64,000 bases of DNA from Mobula hypostoma (Eukaryota), in the NCBI RefSeq assembly GCF_963921235.1, contig NC_086120.1, positions 8,618,001-8,682,000 on the forward strand, read 5' to 3'. Positions 12,389 through 24,489 of the stretch are shown piece by piece. Numbering within the stretch: position 1 is the stretch's first letter; each line of letters opens with the position of its first letter. The translations under genes were made by a program, and so were the position numbers. The notes beneath the pieces are model-generated. The model had not been told where the DNA came from, did not search any database, and saw only the letters and a program-made list of their open reading frames with translations.

Positions 12389-14406
12389 GTATTACTCCAC
12401 TGAGCTGCAGGCGCAAATCCAACTAAATTGTGTGGCTGCCTTTAATTCCTCCTTTTCCCCAGTCCAAACTTTGAATTGTTTAACTTTTATTTTTTGGATC
12501 TTGGAGGGAAGTAGCGGTCATTATGTCGTATCCTTTAAGCAGTAGAAACAGCTTTTTGAACCCAGCAATGGAAAGGGAAAAACTTGGAAAGAAAAATCAG
12601 AAGATATGCCTGTCTGGGCTGAGCGATTGGAACGTGCGTTGATGGGTCTTGACAACAAAATGGACAACACTTCTGAGTTGAAGTCGTTCCGAAAGAGTTT
12701 ACAGGCTATTGAGGAAAATACTGTTTCTTTGATTACTGAGTTTAAAGAATCGAAACGTCAGATTGTGGATATTTCAACCCGCTTGGAACAGGCTCAACGC
12801 AAAATTGTCGATTTAAAGGTAAAATTGCGTAGAAATAATATTCGAATTGTGGGTCTTGGAGAAGGCGCTGAGAGTGGGAATTCATCGGATTATTTTGCCA
12901 ATGTGTTTCAATCTCTGGTTCAGGATATTCGATCTCAACCCCCCGATATTGAAAGAGCTCACAGAATTTTCACTTTGTCAGATAAAGCTCGACCAATTTT
13001 AGTGAACTTTCTTTGCTTTAAAGTTAAAGACCAAATCGTAAAATGTGAAAGAAAACAAAGTTTATAAATTTAACGGTTCCGAGTTCCGTTTTCTACGAAG
13101 ATTATCCACGGGAAGTTATGGAACAACGAATCAAATTCATATCTGTCATGAAGATTGCGCATGAAAAAAGACACATTCCATCGCTCAGATATCCAGCGAG
13201 ATTCAAATTATTTCCTTAAAATTCTACACCTCGTGTCTTGGATCCCCAAGCGGCATCGGATTTTGTCAAATCTATTGTGGAATCGGCTGATGTATGAAGG
13301 ATATTAGAGTTGCTGAATAATTTTCTGAAAGAAAACAGGCTTTGAAGATTTCTGTATGCTGAAGATATCCTTTGATCGAGTGATTATTTAAATAAGAGCA
13401 ACTTCTTGGTTTGACTAAAGAATAACTTTTTTGAAGTCTGTTCAGCATACGGAGTGAATTAATAGTGGACAGATTGTTAACCGGTTTGTTTATCTGTTTC
13501 TATCTTCCTTTTTCTTTATTAATTAAGTAATAGTTTGCTTATAGTTTATATAGACTTTTTCTTACATTATGGAGGGATTAGTAATAGATAATTAGCTTCA
13601 GTTCTTTTGTTAAATAAAGTACTAAATTAAAGAATAATGGCTCTGCTTTTCGGTCATTGGAGATTGTGGTTTCGGCTAATAGCATTGTTTTGGCGTCTTC
13701 GGAGACAGTCTTTGCATTCCCTAGTTTATTTTAAATGATTAAGTATAAACATTTTCATTTTCTGCTGGGCTTTTATTTTAAGTTTACGTATTTTCTTAAG
13801 GGGGAGGGGGGTGAATTGAGAGTTAAAAACTTTTAAATCAATACTTAAATTGAGCGGCACGCGGAATTCCACCGTTTTGCTCTTGGGGATGCGTTCCGGC
13901 TTTTTCTTCTTTGCCGGATTTCTATCTTTGGGGATGGTGGGAGGTTTGGGCGTATTTTTGCATTTTGGGGTTTATCGTGGGATTTTTTTCACTCATTTCC
14001 TGTATTTTTCCAGATTATGGAGTCTGGAGCATGCGTGTTTTCTATTTGGTTATATTCATCACCGCCATCTTTGATTAGCCCGCGATGGTATGCGTGTATT
14101 GTTTTTAAGAACAATATTCAATGGTACTTAAACAGATAAACGTTATTAGTTAGAATACACGTGGCTGGAATCACCCTATTAAGCGAAGGAAGACTTTTAA
14201 AATTATTAATCGATTCCAGCCCGATATAATTTTTGCTCAAGAAACGCTTATCAGAACAGGCGATCAAAATAGATCTTTTTCAAAACCTGGAAGGGCCTTC
14301 AATATCATGCTACTTCTCAAAATAAAACAAAGGGAGTGTCTATTTTTAATAAATCTAATATTTTATGTATTCAAAAAGACATCGTCTCAGATAATAATGG
14401 TAGATT
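12389..14406 (+). mobile_element. L1-clade LINE, 5' portion (ORF1, AT-rich spacer, start of ORF2 endonuclease)
   Basis: ORF1 motifs LRRNNIRIVGL..DIERAHRI..RPILVNF. ORF2 from ATG 14121 (NTRGWNHPIKR..IIFAQET). Cut off at the Gypsy LTR and does not resume. Confidence 0.88.
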
Positions 14407-14720
14407 TGCAGCGGTGTGCAACACACGGCGCTAAAATACCACACGTAGTCGGTGAGTTAGAGTTGCGATGAAAGAGATTCAAACTTCGAGGCCTGCTTTA
14501 AAGCCTTCCCGTTCCCGCCCTCCCTGGGCGGGACTGCTGTGGGGGATGCATATTCCCAGACCTTTTCCGCGCGCGGGATTTCCCCCCTGCTGGTGAAGAT
14601 GGCCCGGCGCCGTTTTTGGGGCCGACCTCTCTGCGGGCGCGCGCTGTTTCGTGAGCCGGTTCGTGTGTGCTAGAAAGTGGGCCGCCACATAACCCTCCCC
14701 TCCCCCAGAACCCGCGATAC

Positions 14721-15269
14721 TATTGGAAAATACAAATGCACACATTGTGTTTTCTATGTTTTCTATTTATTACAGTATTTACTCAACAGTTTTCTATATT
14801 TACTATGTAACCACTGCAAGCTCAATAGAAGGTATTCACTATGTAGCCATGACTTTTGACCTGTTCCCTATTAATTCATGAAGAGAACTAGAATGAAACC
14901 AAGTAGAAATATAACAGTGGCGAGTAAGGTGATGAAATATGTGGCAGTATGTCAACGCAAGACTAATTTAGAAATAATTGTGGTTAGGGATGAGAGGACA
15001 TATGGTCTAAAATGTAAACTAGGACATAATTAAGTTGGGGATTAAAACAATAGTGGAAAGTCTGATGATATGCAATCACAGGCCGACTGGATATGATAAT
15101 GTAGCTAAGATAGGAAAATTGCTATAAAAATGCTGTATACAAGCCACGAGGGGCAGTCAGCTAGTAGCTTTCTGATTGTCTCAGCTTTGATTTGCAAATT
15201 AAAGTTTAAAACGTCTTGACGAGTTTTCTGCGTCTCCTTGTCGTTTGTGAGAAACGAGAAACCACGACA
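14721..15269 (+). mobile_element. Solo LTR of an unrelated family, nested antisense in the Gypsy pol 3' end
   Basis: Perfect 4-bp TSD ATAC (14717-14720, 15270-15273). Ends TATTGG...CCACGACA; TATA-like GCTATAAAAA at 15121 and ATTAAA near the 3' end. Removing it rejoins the pol C-terminus to the PPT. Confidence 0.85.
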
Positions 15270-18263
15270 ATACCTCCCCCAATGTCCACAGTCTGGATCG
15301 GCCTCTGGTTGGGAGGTCTGCCCCTGCGCCGCGGTGCCTGAGCCTGGACCGGCTGCGCCAAATCCACATGGGCCGGTTTGAGTCGGTCCACCGTGAAAAC
15401 CTCCTCTCTCTCCCCCCCAATGTCCAGCACGAACGTGGACCCGTTGTTCCTGATCACCTTAAACGGCCCCACGTAGGGCCGCTGTAGCCGTGCCCAGTGC
15501 CCGCCCCGTCGTACAAAAAGAAATTTACAGTTCTGCAGGTCTTTGGGTACGCAGGTCGGGCTCTGTCCGTGCTGTGAAGTGGGTATGGGGGCCAGGTTAC
15601 CGAACCTCTCACGTAGTCTGTCCAGGACTGCATCGGGTTCTTCCTCTTGCCTCCTTGGGGCTGGTATGAACTCTCTTGGGACTACCAGGGATGCGCCGTA
15701 CACCAACTCGGTTGACGAGGTGTGCAGATCCTCCTTGGGCGCCGTGTGGATTCCGAGCAGGACCCAGGGAAGTTCGTCCACCCAGTTAGGCCCCTCCAGG
15801 CGGGCCATGAGAGCCGACTTCAGGTGACGGTGGAAACGCTCCACTAGTCCGTTCGACTGTGGGTGCTAGGCAGTTGTGTGGTGTAGTTGCGATCCTAAAA
15901 GGCTGGCCATAGCTGACCACGGGCTGGAGGTGAACAGGGCGCCCCTATCAGAGGTAATGTGGGCCAGTACCCCGAAGCGTGCTACCCAGGTTGTGATCAG
16001 TGCTCGGGTGCAGGATTCGGAGGTGGTGTCCGTGAGCGGGACCGCTTCTGGCCATCTGGTGAACCGGTCTATCATAGTTAGGAGGTACCGCGCTCCTCGT
16101 GACACTGGCGGGGGCCCCACGATATCTACATGAATGTGGTCGAACCTCCGGCGGAGCCTTGGTTTGCCGCTGCACCTTGGCCGTTTGGCACTGCATGCAC
16201 GTTTTGGCCCATTCACTGACCTGTTTACGCAGTCCATGCCACACGGACCTGTTGGCGACCAGCCGGACGGTAGTCCTGATGGAGGGGTGCGCTAAGTTGT
16301 GAATGGATTCGAAAACCCGCCGGCGTCAGGCTGCTGGGACGACGGGGCGGAGTTGGCCGGTAGCTACGTCACACAGTAGGGTCTTCTCACCTGGGCCTAC
16401 GGGGAGGTCTTGGAGCTGCAAACTGGAGACCGCAGTCCTATAACTAGGGATTCTCGTTGTCTGCCTGCTGAGCCTCGGCCAGCGCTGCATAGTCCACCCC
16501 CTTGGACAGGGCCTGTATGTTCGGTCTGGAAAGTGCGTCCGCCACGACGTTGTCCTTTCCCGAGACATGCCGGATGTCTGCCGTGTACTCGGAAATGTAG
16601 GACAGATGTCGCTGCTGGTGGGACGTCTAGGGGTCGGACACCTTCCTGAACGCAAAGGTGTGCGGTTTGTGGTACGTGACGCGGTGAAGGGCCTACCTTC
16701 TAAGAAGTACCTGAAATGCCGGATTGCCAGGTATAGTGCCAATAGCTCCCGGTCGAAAGTACTGTATTTGAGTTCGGGTGGTCGTAGGTGTTTGCTGAAG
16801 AACGCCAGGGGTTGCCAGTGACCCTCGATGAGTTTTTCCAGCACTCCACCGTCTACTGTGTTGGATGCATCCACTGTGAGGGCAGTAGGAACGTCCATTC
16901 TGGGGTGCACTAGCATCGCAGTGTTTGCCAAGGCTTCTTTGGTTTTAACGAAAGCGGCTGCGGCCTCATCGTCCCAGGTAATGTCCTTGCCCTTACCCGA
17001 CATCAGGTTGAACAGGGGGCGCATGATTCGGGCTGCTGAGGGGAGGAAACGGTGGAAGGAATTCACCATACCCACGAATTCCTGCAGGCCTTTGATTGTG
17101 TTGGGTCGGGGGAAGTGGCAGACCGCGTCTACCTTGGCGGGCAGCGGAGTTGCCCCCTCTTAAGTAATCCTGTGGTCCAGGAAATCGATGGTGTCGAGTC
17201 TGAACTGGCATTTGGCCGGGTTGATTGTAAGGCCGAATTCACTCAGGCGGGAGTAGAGCTGGCGGAGGTGGAACAGATGCTCCTGACGACTACTGCTGGC
17301 TATGTGGATGTCGTCCAAATAGATGAATGCAAAGTCCAGATCTCGTCCCACCGCGTCCATTAGCTGCTCGAACGTCTGTGCGGCATTCTTTAGACCGAAC
17401 GGAATTCGGAGGAATTCGAAAAGTCCGAACGGGGTGATGAGTGCTGTTTTGGGGATGTCGTCCGGATGTACAGGGATTTGATGGTATCCCCGGACGAGGT
17501 TTACCTTGGAAAAGATCCTTGCGCCTTGTAGGTTTGCTGCGAAGTCTTGAATGTGCGGCACAAGGTAGCGGTCTGCCGTTGTAGCCTCGTTCAGTCTGCG
17601 GTAGTCACGGAATGGTCTCCAGCCCCCCGTTGCCTTGGGCACCATGTGAAGGGGGGAGGCCCATGGGCTGTCGGACTGTCGTATGATCCCCAATTCCTCC
17701 ATCTTCTTGAACTCCTCCTTCGCCAGTCGGAGCTTGTCCGGGGGAAGCCTTCAAGCACGGGCGTGGAGGGGTGGTCCCTGGATCGGGATGTGGTGCTGTA
17801 CTCCGTGTCTGGGCATAGCTGCTGTGAACTGCGGTGTCAGTACTGATGGGAAACCCGCCAGGACCCTGGTGAATTCGTCGTCGGACAGCGTGATGGAGTC
17901 CAGGTGTGGGGCTGGCAACTTTGCTGCACCCAGGGAGAAGATTTGAAAAGTGTTGGCGTGGGCTAATCGCTTCCCTTGCAGGTCGACCAGCAGGCTGTGG
18001 GCTCGTAGAAAATCAGCCCCCAGGAGTGGTTGGGCCACGGCGGCCAGTGTGAAGTCCCACGTGAACCGGCTGGAGCTGAACTGTAGCCGCACCATGCGGG
18101 TGCCGTAGGTTCGCATTGTGCTGCCATTTGCGGCCCTCAGGGTGGGTCCTGGTTCTCTGTTGCGGGTGTCGTAACTCGTTGGAGATAAGACGCTGATCTC
18201 CGCTCCGGTATCGACCAAAAAGCGGCGTCCCGACTGCTTGTCCCAGACATACAAGAGGCTGTC

Positions 18264-18314
18264 CTGATGGCCAGCCGCCGAAGCCATCAGCGGCGGCTGG
18301 CCTTGCCGTTTCCC
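18264..18314 (-). promoter_or_regulatory. -1 programmed ribosomal frameshift signal (gag-pol)
   Basis: G_GGA_AAC in the gag frame (plus 18308-18314), 5-nt spacer, then a 12-bp perfect stem GGCCAGCCGCCG/CGGCGGCTGGCC with a 10-nt loop. The pol ORF lies in the -1 frame. Confidence 0.85.
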
Positions 18315-19522
18315 GGGAATTTGCAGGGTGGTCTGCAGTGGCGGGCCTCTGTGCCCCACCGCTGGTGGTAGAAGCACCATTGTTCGTTGGGCTCCTCACT
18401 CCCGTCGCCAGGTTTTGTAGGCTGTGCTGCCGGGCCTGGTCTGGTCTGCCATTGGACACGCGGCTTGGTGATCTGTGCGACGGGCACCCCGCTCTCTTTC
18501 CTGGCATTCCACAGCACATCTGCTCGGGCCGCCACCTCCCGGGGGTTGCTGAAATCTGCGTCGGACAGCAGCAGCCATACGACCTCGGGCAGTTGCTCTA
18601 GGAACGCCTGCTCAGGCATGAGGCAGGGTTTGTGTCCTTCAGCCAGGGCCAATATTTCGTTCAATAACGCCGACGGCGGCCTGTCTCCCAAACCAACCAA
18701 GTGCATTAAGCGGCGTGCTCGTTCGCGCAGTGAGAGTCCGAAAGTCCTTATGAGCAGAGCTTTGAATGCCGTGTATTTGCCGTCCTCCGGGAGCGACTGT
18801 ATAAACTCCTCAACTTGTGCAGCTGTCTCCTGGTCGAGGGAGCTCAGCACGTAGTAGTAGCGAGTGGACTCCGAGGTTATCTGCCGAATGTGGAATTGTG
18901 CTTCTGCTTGTTCCAACCATAATTGGAGTCGCAGCGTCCAGAAGCTTGGCAGTTTTAACGAAACTGCGTGAAAAGATGCGGCGTGTCACCAATTGTAGCT
19001 GTGTGCTACACACAGCGCTAGAATAACCACAATTAGTCGGTGAGTTAGAGTTGTGATAAAAAAAAATTATTCAAACTTCGCGGCCTGCTTTAAAGCCTTC
19101 CCGTTCCCGCCCTCCCTGGTCCGGACTGCTGTGGGAAATACATAATCGCAAACCCTTTCCGCGCGCGGGATTTTCCCCCTGCTGGTGAAGATGGCCTGGC
19201 GCCCTTTTTGGGTCCGACCTCTCTGCGGGCGCGCGCTGGTTCGTGTGTGCTAGAAAATGGGTCGCCACGTGTAGTCCCAGCAGGAGATGCGCTCTTATTT
19301 TGAGCCGAGGGTCTGGCAAGAACTGAGACAAGACGTTACCATCTGCCTTTTTCATATGACATTGCCTAATATGATAGTTTTTGTTCTACCTGTTTTTACT
19401 TTAAGAATCTAACAGGCACTCGATTGTTTAAAGGGACATTATCTTTGATGCTCTCCTTGAATTGTGACATTCAGAACAAGAATTGCTTTGGAAATTCAGC
19501 CATGTTGGTTGTCTGAGTATAT

Positions 19523-20193
19523 TTAGATCAGATTAGATTAGATTATGAGGACACTCAGTCCTCTTTTATTGTGATTTAGTAATGCATGCATTAAGAAATG
19601 ATACAATGTTCCTCCAGAATATCACAGAAACACAAGACAAACCAAGACTAAAAAAACTGACAAAAACCACATAATTATAACATAGAGTTGCAACAGCGCA
19701 AAGCAATACCATAATTTGATAAAGAACAGACCATAGGCACGGTAAAAAAAAGTCTCAAAGTCTCTCGAAAGTCCCATCATCTCACGCAGACGGTAGAAGG
19801 AAGAGAAACTCTCTTCCTGCCATGAGCTTCCAGCGCTGCAAACTTGCCAATGCAGCAGACTGGAAGCACCGGACCACAGCCGACTCTTGAATCCGTCCGA
19901 AAACTTCGAGCCTCCGACGAGCCCTCCGGCACCGAACACCATCTCTGCCAAGCGCTTCAACCCGGGCCCCGGCAACAGGCAATAGGCAAAGCCAAGGATT
20001 TGTGGACTCCCGTCCGGAGATTCCTGATCACACAGTAGCAACAGCAGCGAAGCAGACATTTCATAAGTTTCTCTAGATGTTCCTCGGTGTTTCTCACTGC
20101 TGTCTCCATCAAATCAGGATTGTGCACGGTACCTACTTAACAAATATCATTTCGGAGCGGCCGCGAGCGCTGCGTCACGCAGCCATCTTCTCC
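19523..20193 (-). mobile_element. Non-coding non-autonomous retroposon (LINE-derived, ~670 bp), copy 1
   Basis: GC-rich 5' head GGAGAAGATGGCTGCG; 3' AATAAA, GAGGAC..GTCCTC hairpin and (TCTAA)n tail. A second copy lies ~870 bp away. Confidence 0.7.
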
Positions 20194-20394
20194 AGCCCTC
20201 TCAGGTTTATTCACTGAATTTGGAAGGAAATGTTAATCTGGGCTAATGGTTTAATTGGGTGGTGGTGAATTCACTCCCATTACATTTTCTAAACCTGTTT
20301 CCCGTTCTCTTGCATTCAAAAGAGCAGAGAAATGAAGTGGGATGTAGAATGGGTCTTCAGTTCAATGTCATGCATATTGATTCCACTCAAAGTT

Positions 20395-20955
20395 AAATTA
20401 GATTAGATTATGAGAACATTCAATCCTCGTTTATTGTTATTTTGAAATGCATAGATGCATTAAGAAATGATACTCCTCCAGAGTGATATCACATAAAACA
20501 GGACAAACTAAAGACTAACACTGACAGAACCACATAATTATAACATATAGTTACAGCAGTGCAAAGCAATACCATAATTTGATAAAGAACAGACCATGGG
20601 CACGGTAAAAAAAAAAGTCTCTAGTCCCGATCGACTCCTGAGTCCCTGATAGCAGGCGGCAAAAGGGAGAAACTCCCTGCCATAAACCTCCAGGCACCGA
20701 TAACTGCCGATGCATTGGAAGCACCCGACCACCCCCGACACTGAGTCCGTCCATCTGAAAACTTCGAGCCTCCGACCAGCCCCTCCAATGCAGTCTCCCG
20801 AGCGCCTTCGACCTCACCCCGGCCGCCGAAACAAGCAAAGTCGAGGATTCGGGGCAGCAGCGGCACCGAAGCGGGCATTTCACATGTTTCTCCAGATGTT
20901 CCTCTGTACTCTCACGTCTGTCTCCATCAAATCAGAATTGTGCACAGTACTCTAC
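20395..20955 (-). mobile_element. Same non-autonomous retroposon, copy 2 (5' end lost)
   Basis: Collinear with 19523-20140; (TCTAA)n tail. Confidence 0.7.
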
Positions 20956-22122
20956 AATGTACCACCGGGCCGCGGACCGGTACCGAGCCGCAAAGCATGA
21001 GCTACTTGGCCGCGAGCAAACGATATGAGTCAGCTGCACCTTTCCTCATTCCCTGTCACGCACTGTTGAACTTGAACGCACGCGAGGTCATTACCCGCGC
21101 GTCATCCATGTCAGCGAGGGTGGGAGATCAACTCCTCGAGCTTGCAAATGACAGCGGGCTGAAAAATATGTTTGTCTCTCTACCGGCATTCTGGATCAAG
21201 GTCAAGGCTAAATATCCTGAGGTAGCCACGAAAGCACTGAAAACGTTGCTTCCATATCCAACATATCTCTGCAATGAATGCAACGAAAACTAAATTGCGG
21301 AATAGACTGGACATAGGGAACCCCCTTCGACTATCGCTGTCTCCCATCACCCCTCGATGTTGCAGGGAAACAAGCCCAGGGCTCCCACTGATTCAACGAT
21401 ATTGGTGTGTTGCAATGATTCTACATGTTCATACGAGGAAAATATGTGCTGTGTGTTTAATATCCAAACGTTATTTAAAATGTTATGATGCTATTGACTT
21501 ATATAACCATATAACAATTACAGCACGGAAACAGGCCATCTCTGCCCTTCTAGTCCGTGCTGAACGATACCCTCACCTAGTCCCACCGACCTGCAGTCAG
21601 CCCGTAACCCTCCATTCCTTTCCCGTCCAATTTTTCTTTAAGTGATAATATCGAACCTGCCTCTACCACTTCTACTGGAAGTTCGTTCAACACTTACTTC
21701 AAGCTCCCTTGTTCTACCCTGATAATTGACTTATCACTATATTCATGCGAGGAAAATATGCGCTGTGTGTTTAATATTAAATTCGTTACATAAACCCTTT
21801 TAGAAACGAAATTGTGTGTATTAGCCACTTGTCCACGATATTCCGGTCGTGATTAACACCCCCCCCCCCACCCCTCCAACAGAATCTCCAAAAACGATTT
21901 GTAGAAAAAAAATTCAGCACGTACACGCATGCGCAAGTCATGCATGCACACACAGGTGCCGGCGCAAGGCTGCATGGTCATTGTAGTCTTTCACTGGGTA
22001 AACACAACGTATTTGACTGCTACTCCTGTCCGTTGGCAACCCTACCCCCAAGAATATTGCCGGTCTGCAAGAATATTGTCAATATCAAACCGGTCCGTGG
22101 TGCAAAAAAGTTGGGGACCCTG
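20956..22122 (+). mobile_element. hAT (Buster/Charlie-like) deletion derivative
   Basis: Transposase C-terminal pieces (LPAFWIKVKAKYPEVATKALKTLLPYPT; MNATKTKLRNRLD). Right TIR ...AAAAAAGTTGGGGACCCTG. The 8-bp flank TTGTAAAT fits NNNTANNN. Left TIR degraded. Contains a CR1/SINE tail at ~21505-21700. Confidence 0.8.
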
Positions 22123-22259
22123 TTGTAAATAGTAGATTAGGGTGTGCCAGTGGAGAAGGGGGAGAAAAATCTGAGCCATTATCAGTTGTGACAGCCAGAG
22201 AAAAGATATGACATTAGCCCTCAAGGTTACTTTGGGCCTTGTTCTAAGAGTGCAGAAGG

Positions 22260-22640
22260 GCACAGACCAATCAGTCAGAGTGGGAAACAGATAGAGAATT
22301 AAAGTGACAGGCAATTGGAAGCTCAGGATTACCCCTGCTGTCTGAAAATAGGTGTTCTGCAAAACTGTCACCCAAACTGTGTTTCATTTGTCCATTGTTG
22401 TAAAGACTGGATTGTGAACCCCAAATGCAGTTCACTAGATTGGAAAAAAAAGTGCAAGTGATTCTTTACCTGGCAGGAACATTTAAGTCTTTGCATGTTC
22501 AAAAGGGATGGGGTGAAAGGGCACCTGTGATCCATCTCCTGTCAATGCATGGGAAAATGTCCCAGGGTGAAGATTGGTTGGTGGCCACCGATGAACAGAC
22601 CAGGGGACGATCTTTCAACATTCTGAAAGGAGAGAGAAGA
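22260..22640 (-). mobile_element. Old Penelope-like GIY-YIG fragment
   Basis: Degenerate similarity to 25700-26050. Confidence 0.5.
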
Positions 22641-22829
22641 AAAATGTGTTTGATGGTGGAACGTTGTTGGAGCTGACAGAAATTGCAAAGAATGAAAGAG
22701 CTGGAGGTGAAACTGTGGGGTGTGACAGGGATCAGAAGAAAGTGAAAGAGGAGAAAATATGGACAGTAGTAGAGTTCAGCTACTTGATTTTGTGACTTTT
22801 TATGTCAGAAAAGAAGGAGAAAGTCACCT

Positions 22830-23160
22830 ATACCACCCATCCGGGAGATTGCCTCTTCTTTCCCATCCTCCTGCCTCAGACAAAAGACAGAAAAGCCTGA
22901 AATTATATAGCACCAACCTCAAGGACAGCTTGCATTCTACTGTTATAAGACAATTAAACAGTTCCCTCTTATGATATGACCTTGTGCCTGACTGTCTGCC
23001 TGCACGGCACCCTCTCTGTAACTGTAACACTCTATTCTCTATCCTGTTATTGTTTTATCGTGTACTACCTCAGTGCACTATTGTAATGAATTGATCTGTA
23101 TGAGGTGTATGCAAGACAAATTTTCGAATGTACCTCATTTAAAATGACGTTGATAAACCA
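22830..23160 (+). mobile_element. Rex1/L2-type LINE 3' end
   Basis: Typical 3' text (TGCACTATTGTAATGAATTGATCTGTATG...ATAAACCA). Confidence 0.5.
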
Positions 23161-24489
23161 GTTTTACCGATATACTACAGCAGCATCGAGTGCAACAAAT
23201 AAAACAGAATTGTGGATTAAGATAGTGTCGAGAGCGAGTGAATTGGTGCAGTAGTGAGAAGCATGGAGCATGTGTGTGGGGATGCGTTGCATTAGTAGCA
23301 TTTCTCGTCATGTGATGAGGTTGCTGCCTTAAGGAACGCCAGATAATTTGAGCAGACCTGTGACTTGGGGTGTACGGGATAGCACCTCTGTGGAAGGGAC
23401 ATTGTGTATACTCTGCGCCATCTACTCTCCATTTGTCTCCACTGGGTAATCAGCTCACCTGGCTCCAAGTAGCCTTTTGCACAAGACAGCGGTCCCACCC
23501 TGGTGTAGAGCTTCAACAGGCAGGCTAAGCTACGTGTGGGTAGCCAGTGAGCCTCACACACAGGCGAGATAGGAACATGCCTCTCCTAGCTGGAGAAGTC
23601 AGCTCCAGTTAACTGGGTGGATGAGATCAATAGTGAGATAGAATGGCCAGGAAAGCAGTCCTGCAAAGCTTTGTGGAATTTCCAAGTTTGCTCAAACAGT
23701 GTCAGAGACTGATACAGCATGGAAGCAGGTCTTTCAGCCCAGCTGGCCTATGCCAACTGCGATGCCCAGTTTCATCAGCACATTTTTTGGCAAAAAAGAT
23801 TTTTATTTGGAGAGCGAGGCAGATGATAAGGTACAGAAAAAGTCACGGTCATCCACGGCAACCAAGGAGGACCCCAGTCGTGAGGACTACTCGTACCACT
23901 AGACCCGCACTTCCAGGTCGAGAGAATGGAACTGCCCCAGTGCAGGTTCTCCCGCTCAACGAAAACCAATTTCCCCCGGGATCAATAAAGTATGACTATG
24001 ACTATGAGTTCTCCGATCATTGTCAGATACAACAAAAAACACCAGTACTATTGGTAGTATTCTAACTTGTTCTGTATTTAATGTAAATAAACAATTTATT
24101 ACTCAGTTAAACGGCATTTAGTCTTTTTATATCTTTTAAACTATTTCCATGAAACTTTGTCTCATTGGGGCAGCCGCTTAATTTGGCCAAAATATACTGG
24201 TCCCGATGCGTCCCAATTAACGGGAATCCACAGTGTATAAAGTAAACAAGTAGTGCAACACGAGAACAAAATAGTGAGGCAGTGTTCATTGTTTCGTAGA
24301 CGATTCAGAAACCTATTGGCTGAGGGGAGAAGCTGTTCCCTTCTGCCACTTGGTTTTGATATGAGGGCAGTTCCTGGACGGTGATGACGGCCCGAAACGT
24401 TAACTGTTTATTCCCTGACTTTGAGTTCCTCCAGCATTTTGTACGTATGTTGCTCAAGATCTTCAGCACCTACCGAACCTCTTGTGCTT

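Larger units (their letters stand above)
14407..19269 (-). mobile_element. Gypsy LTR retrotransposon, CsRn1/Kabuki-like clade (5' LTR 18994-19269, gag, PR, RT, RH, IN, 3' LTR 14407-14689)
   Basis: Gag KLPSFW..EQAEAQF with C-x2-H-x9-C-x3-C motif; protease LVDTGA; RT YLDD; RH DASN; IN HVDIVGP/TSDRG; PBS TGGTGAC (tRNA-Trp-like) at 18982-18991; PPT before the 3' LTR. Several frameshifts. Confidence 0.92.

Noticed and set aside
10766-12393. GTAC/GTAT as a TSD around a solo LTR at 10771-12388
   Set aside because: GTAC is the end of the PPT of the mini element; this LTR is a 3' LTR, so the near-match is coincidental.
24080-24240. Tigger/pogo-like MITE end (CCAATTAACGGGAATCCAC)
   Set aside because: Only one imperfect terminus is visible; too weak to call.
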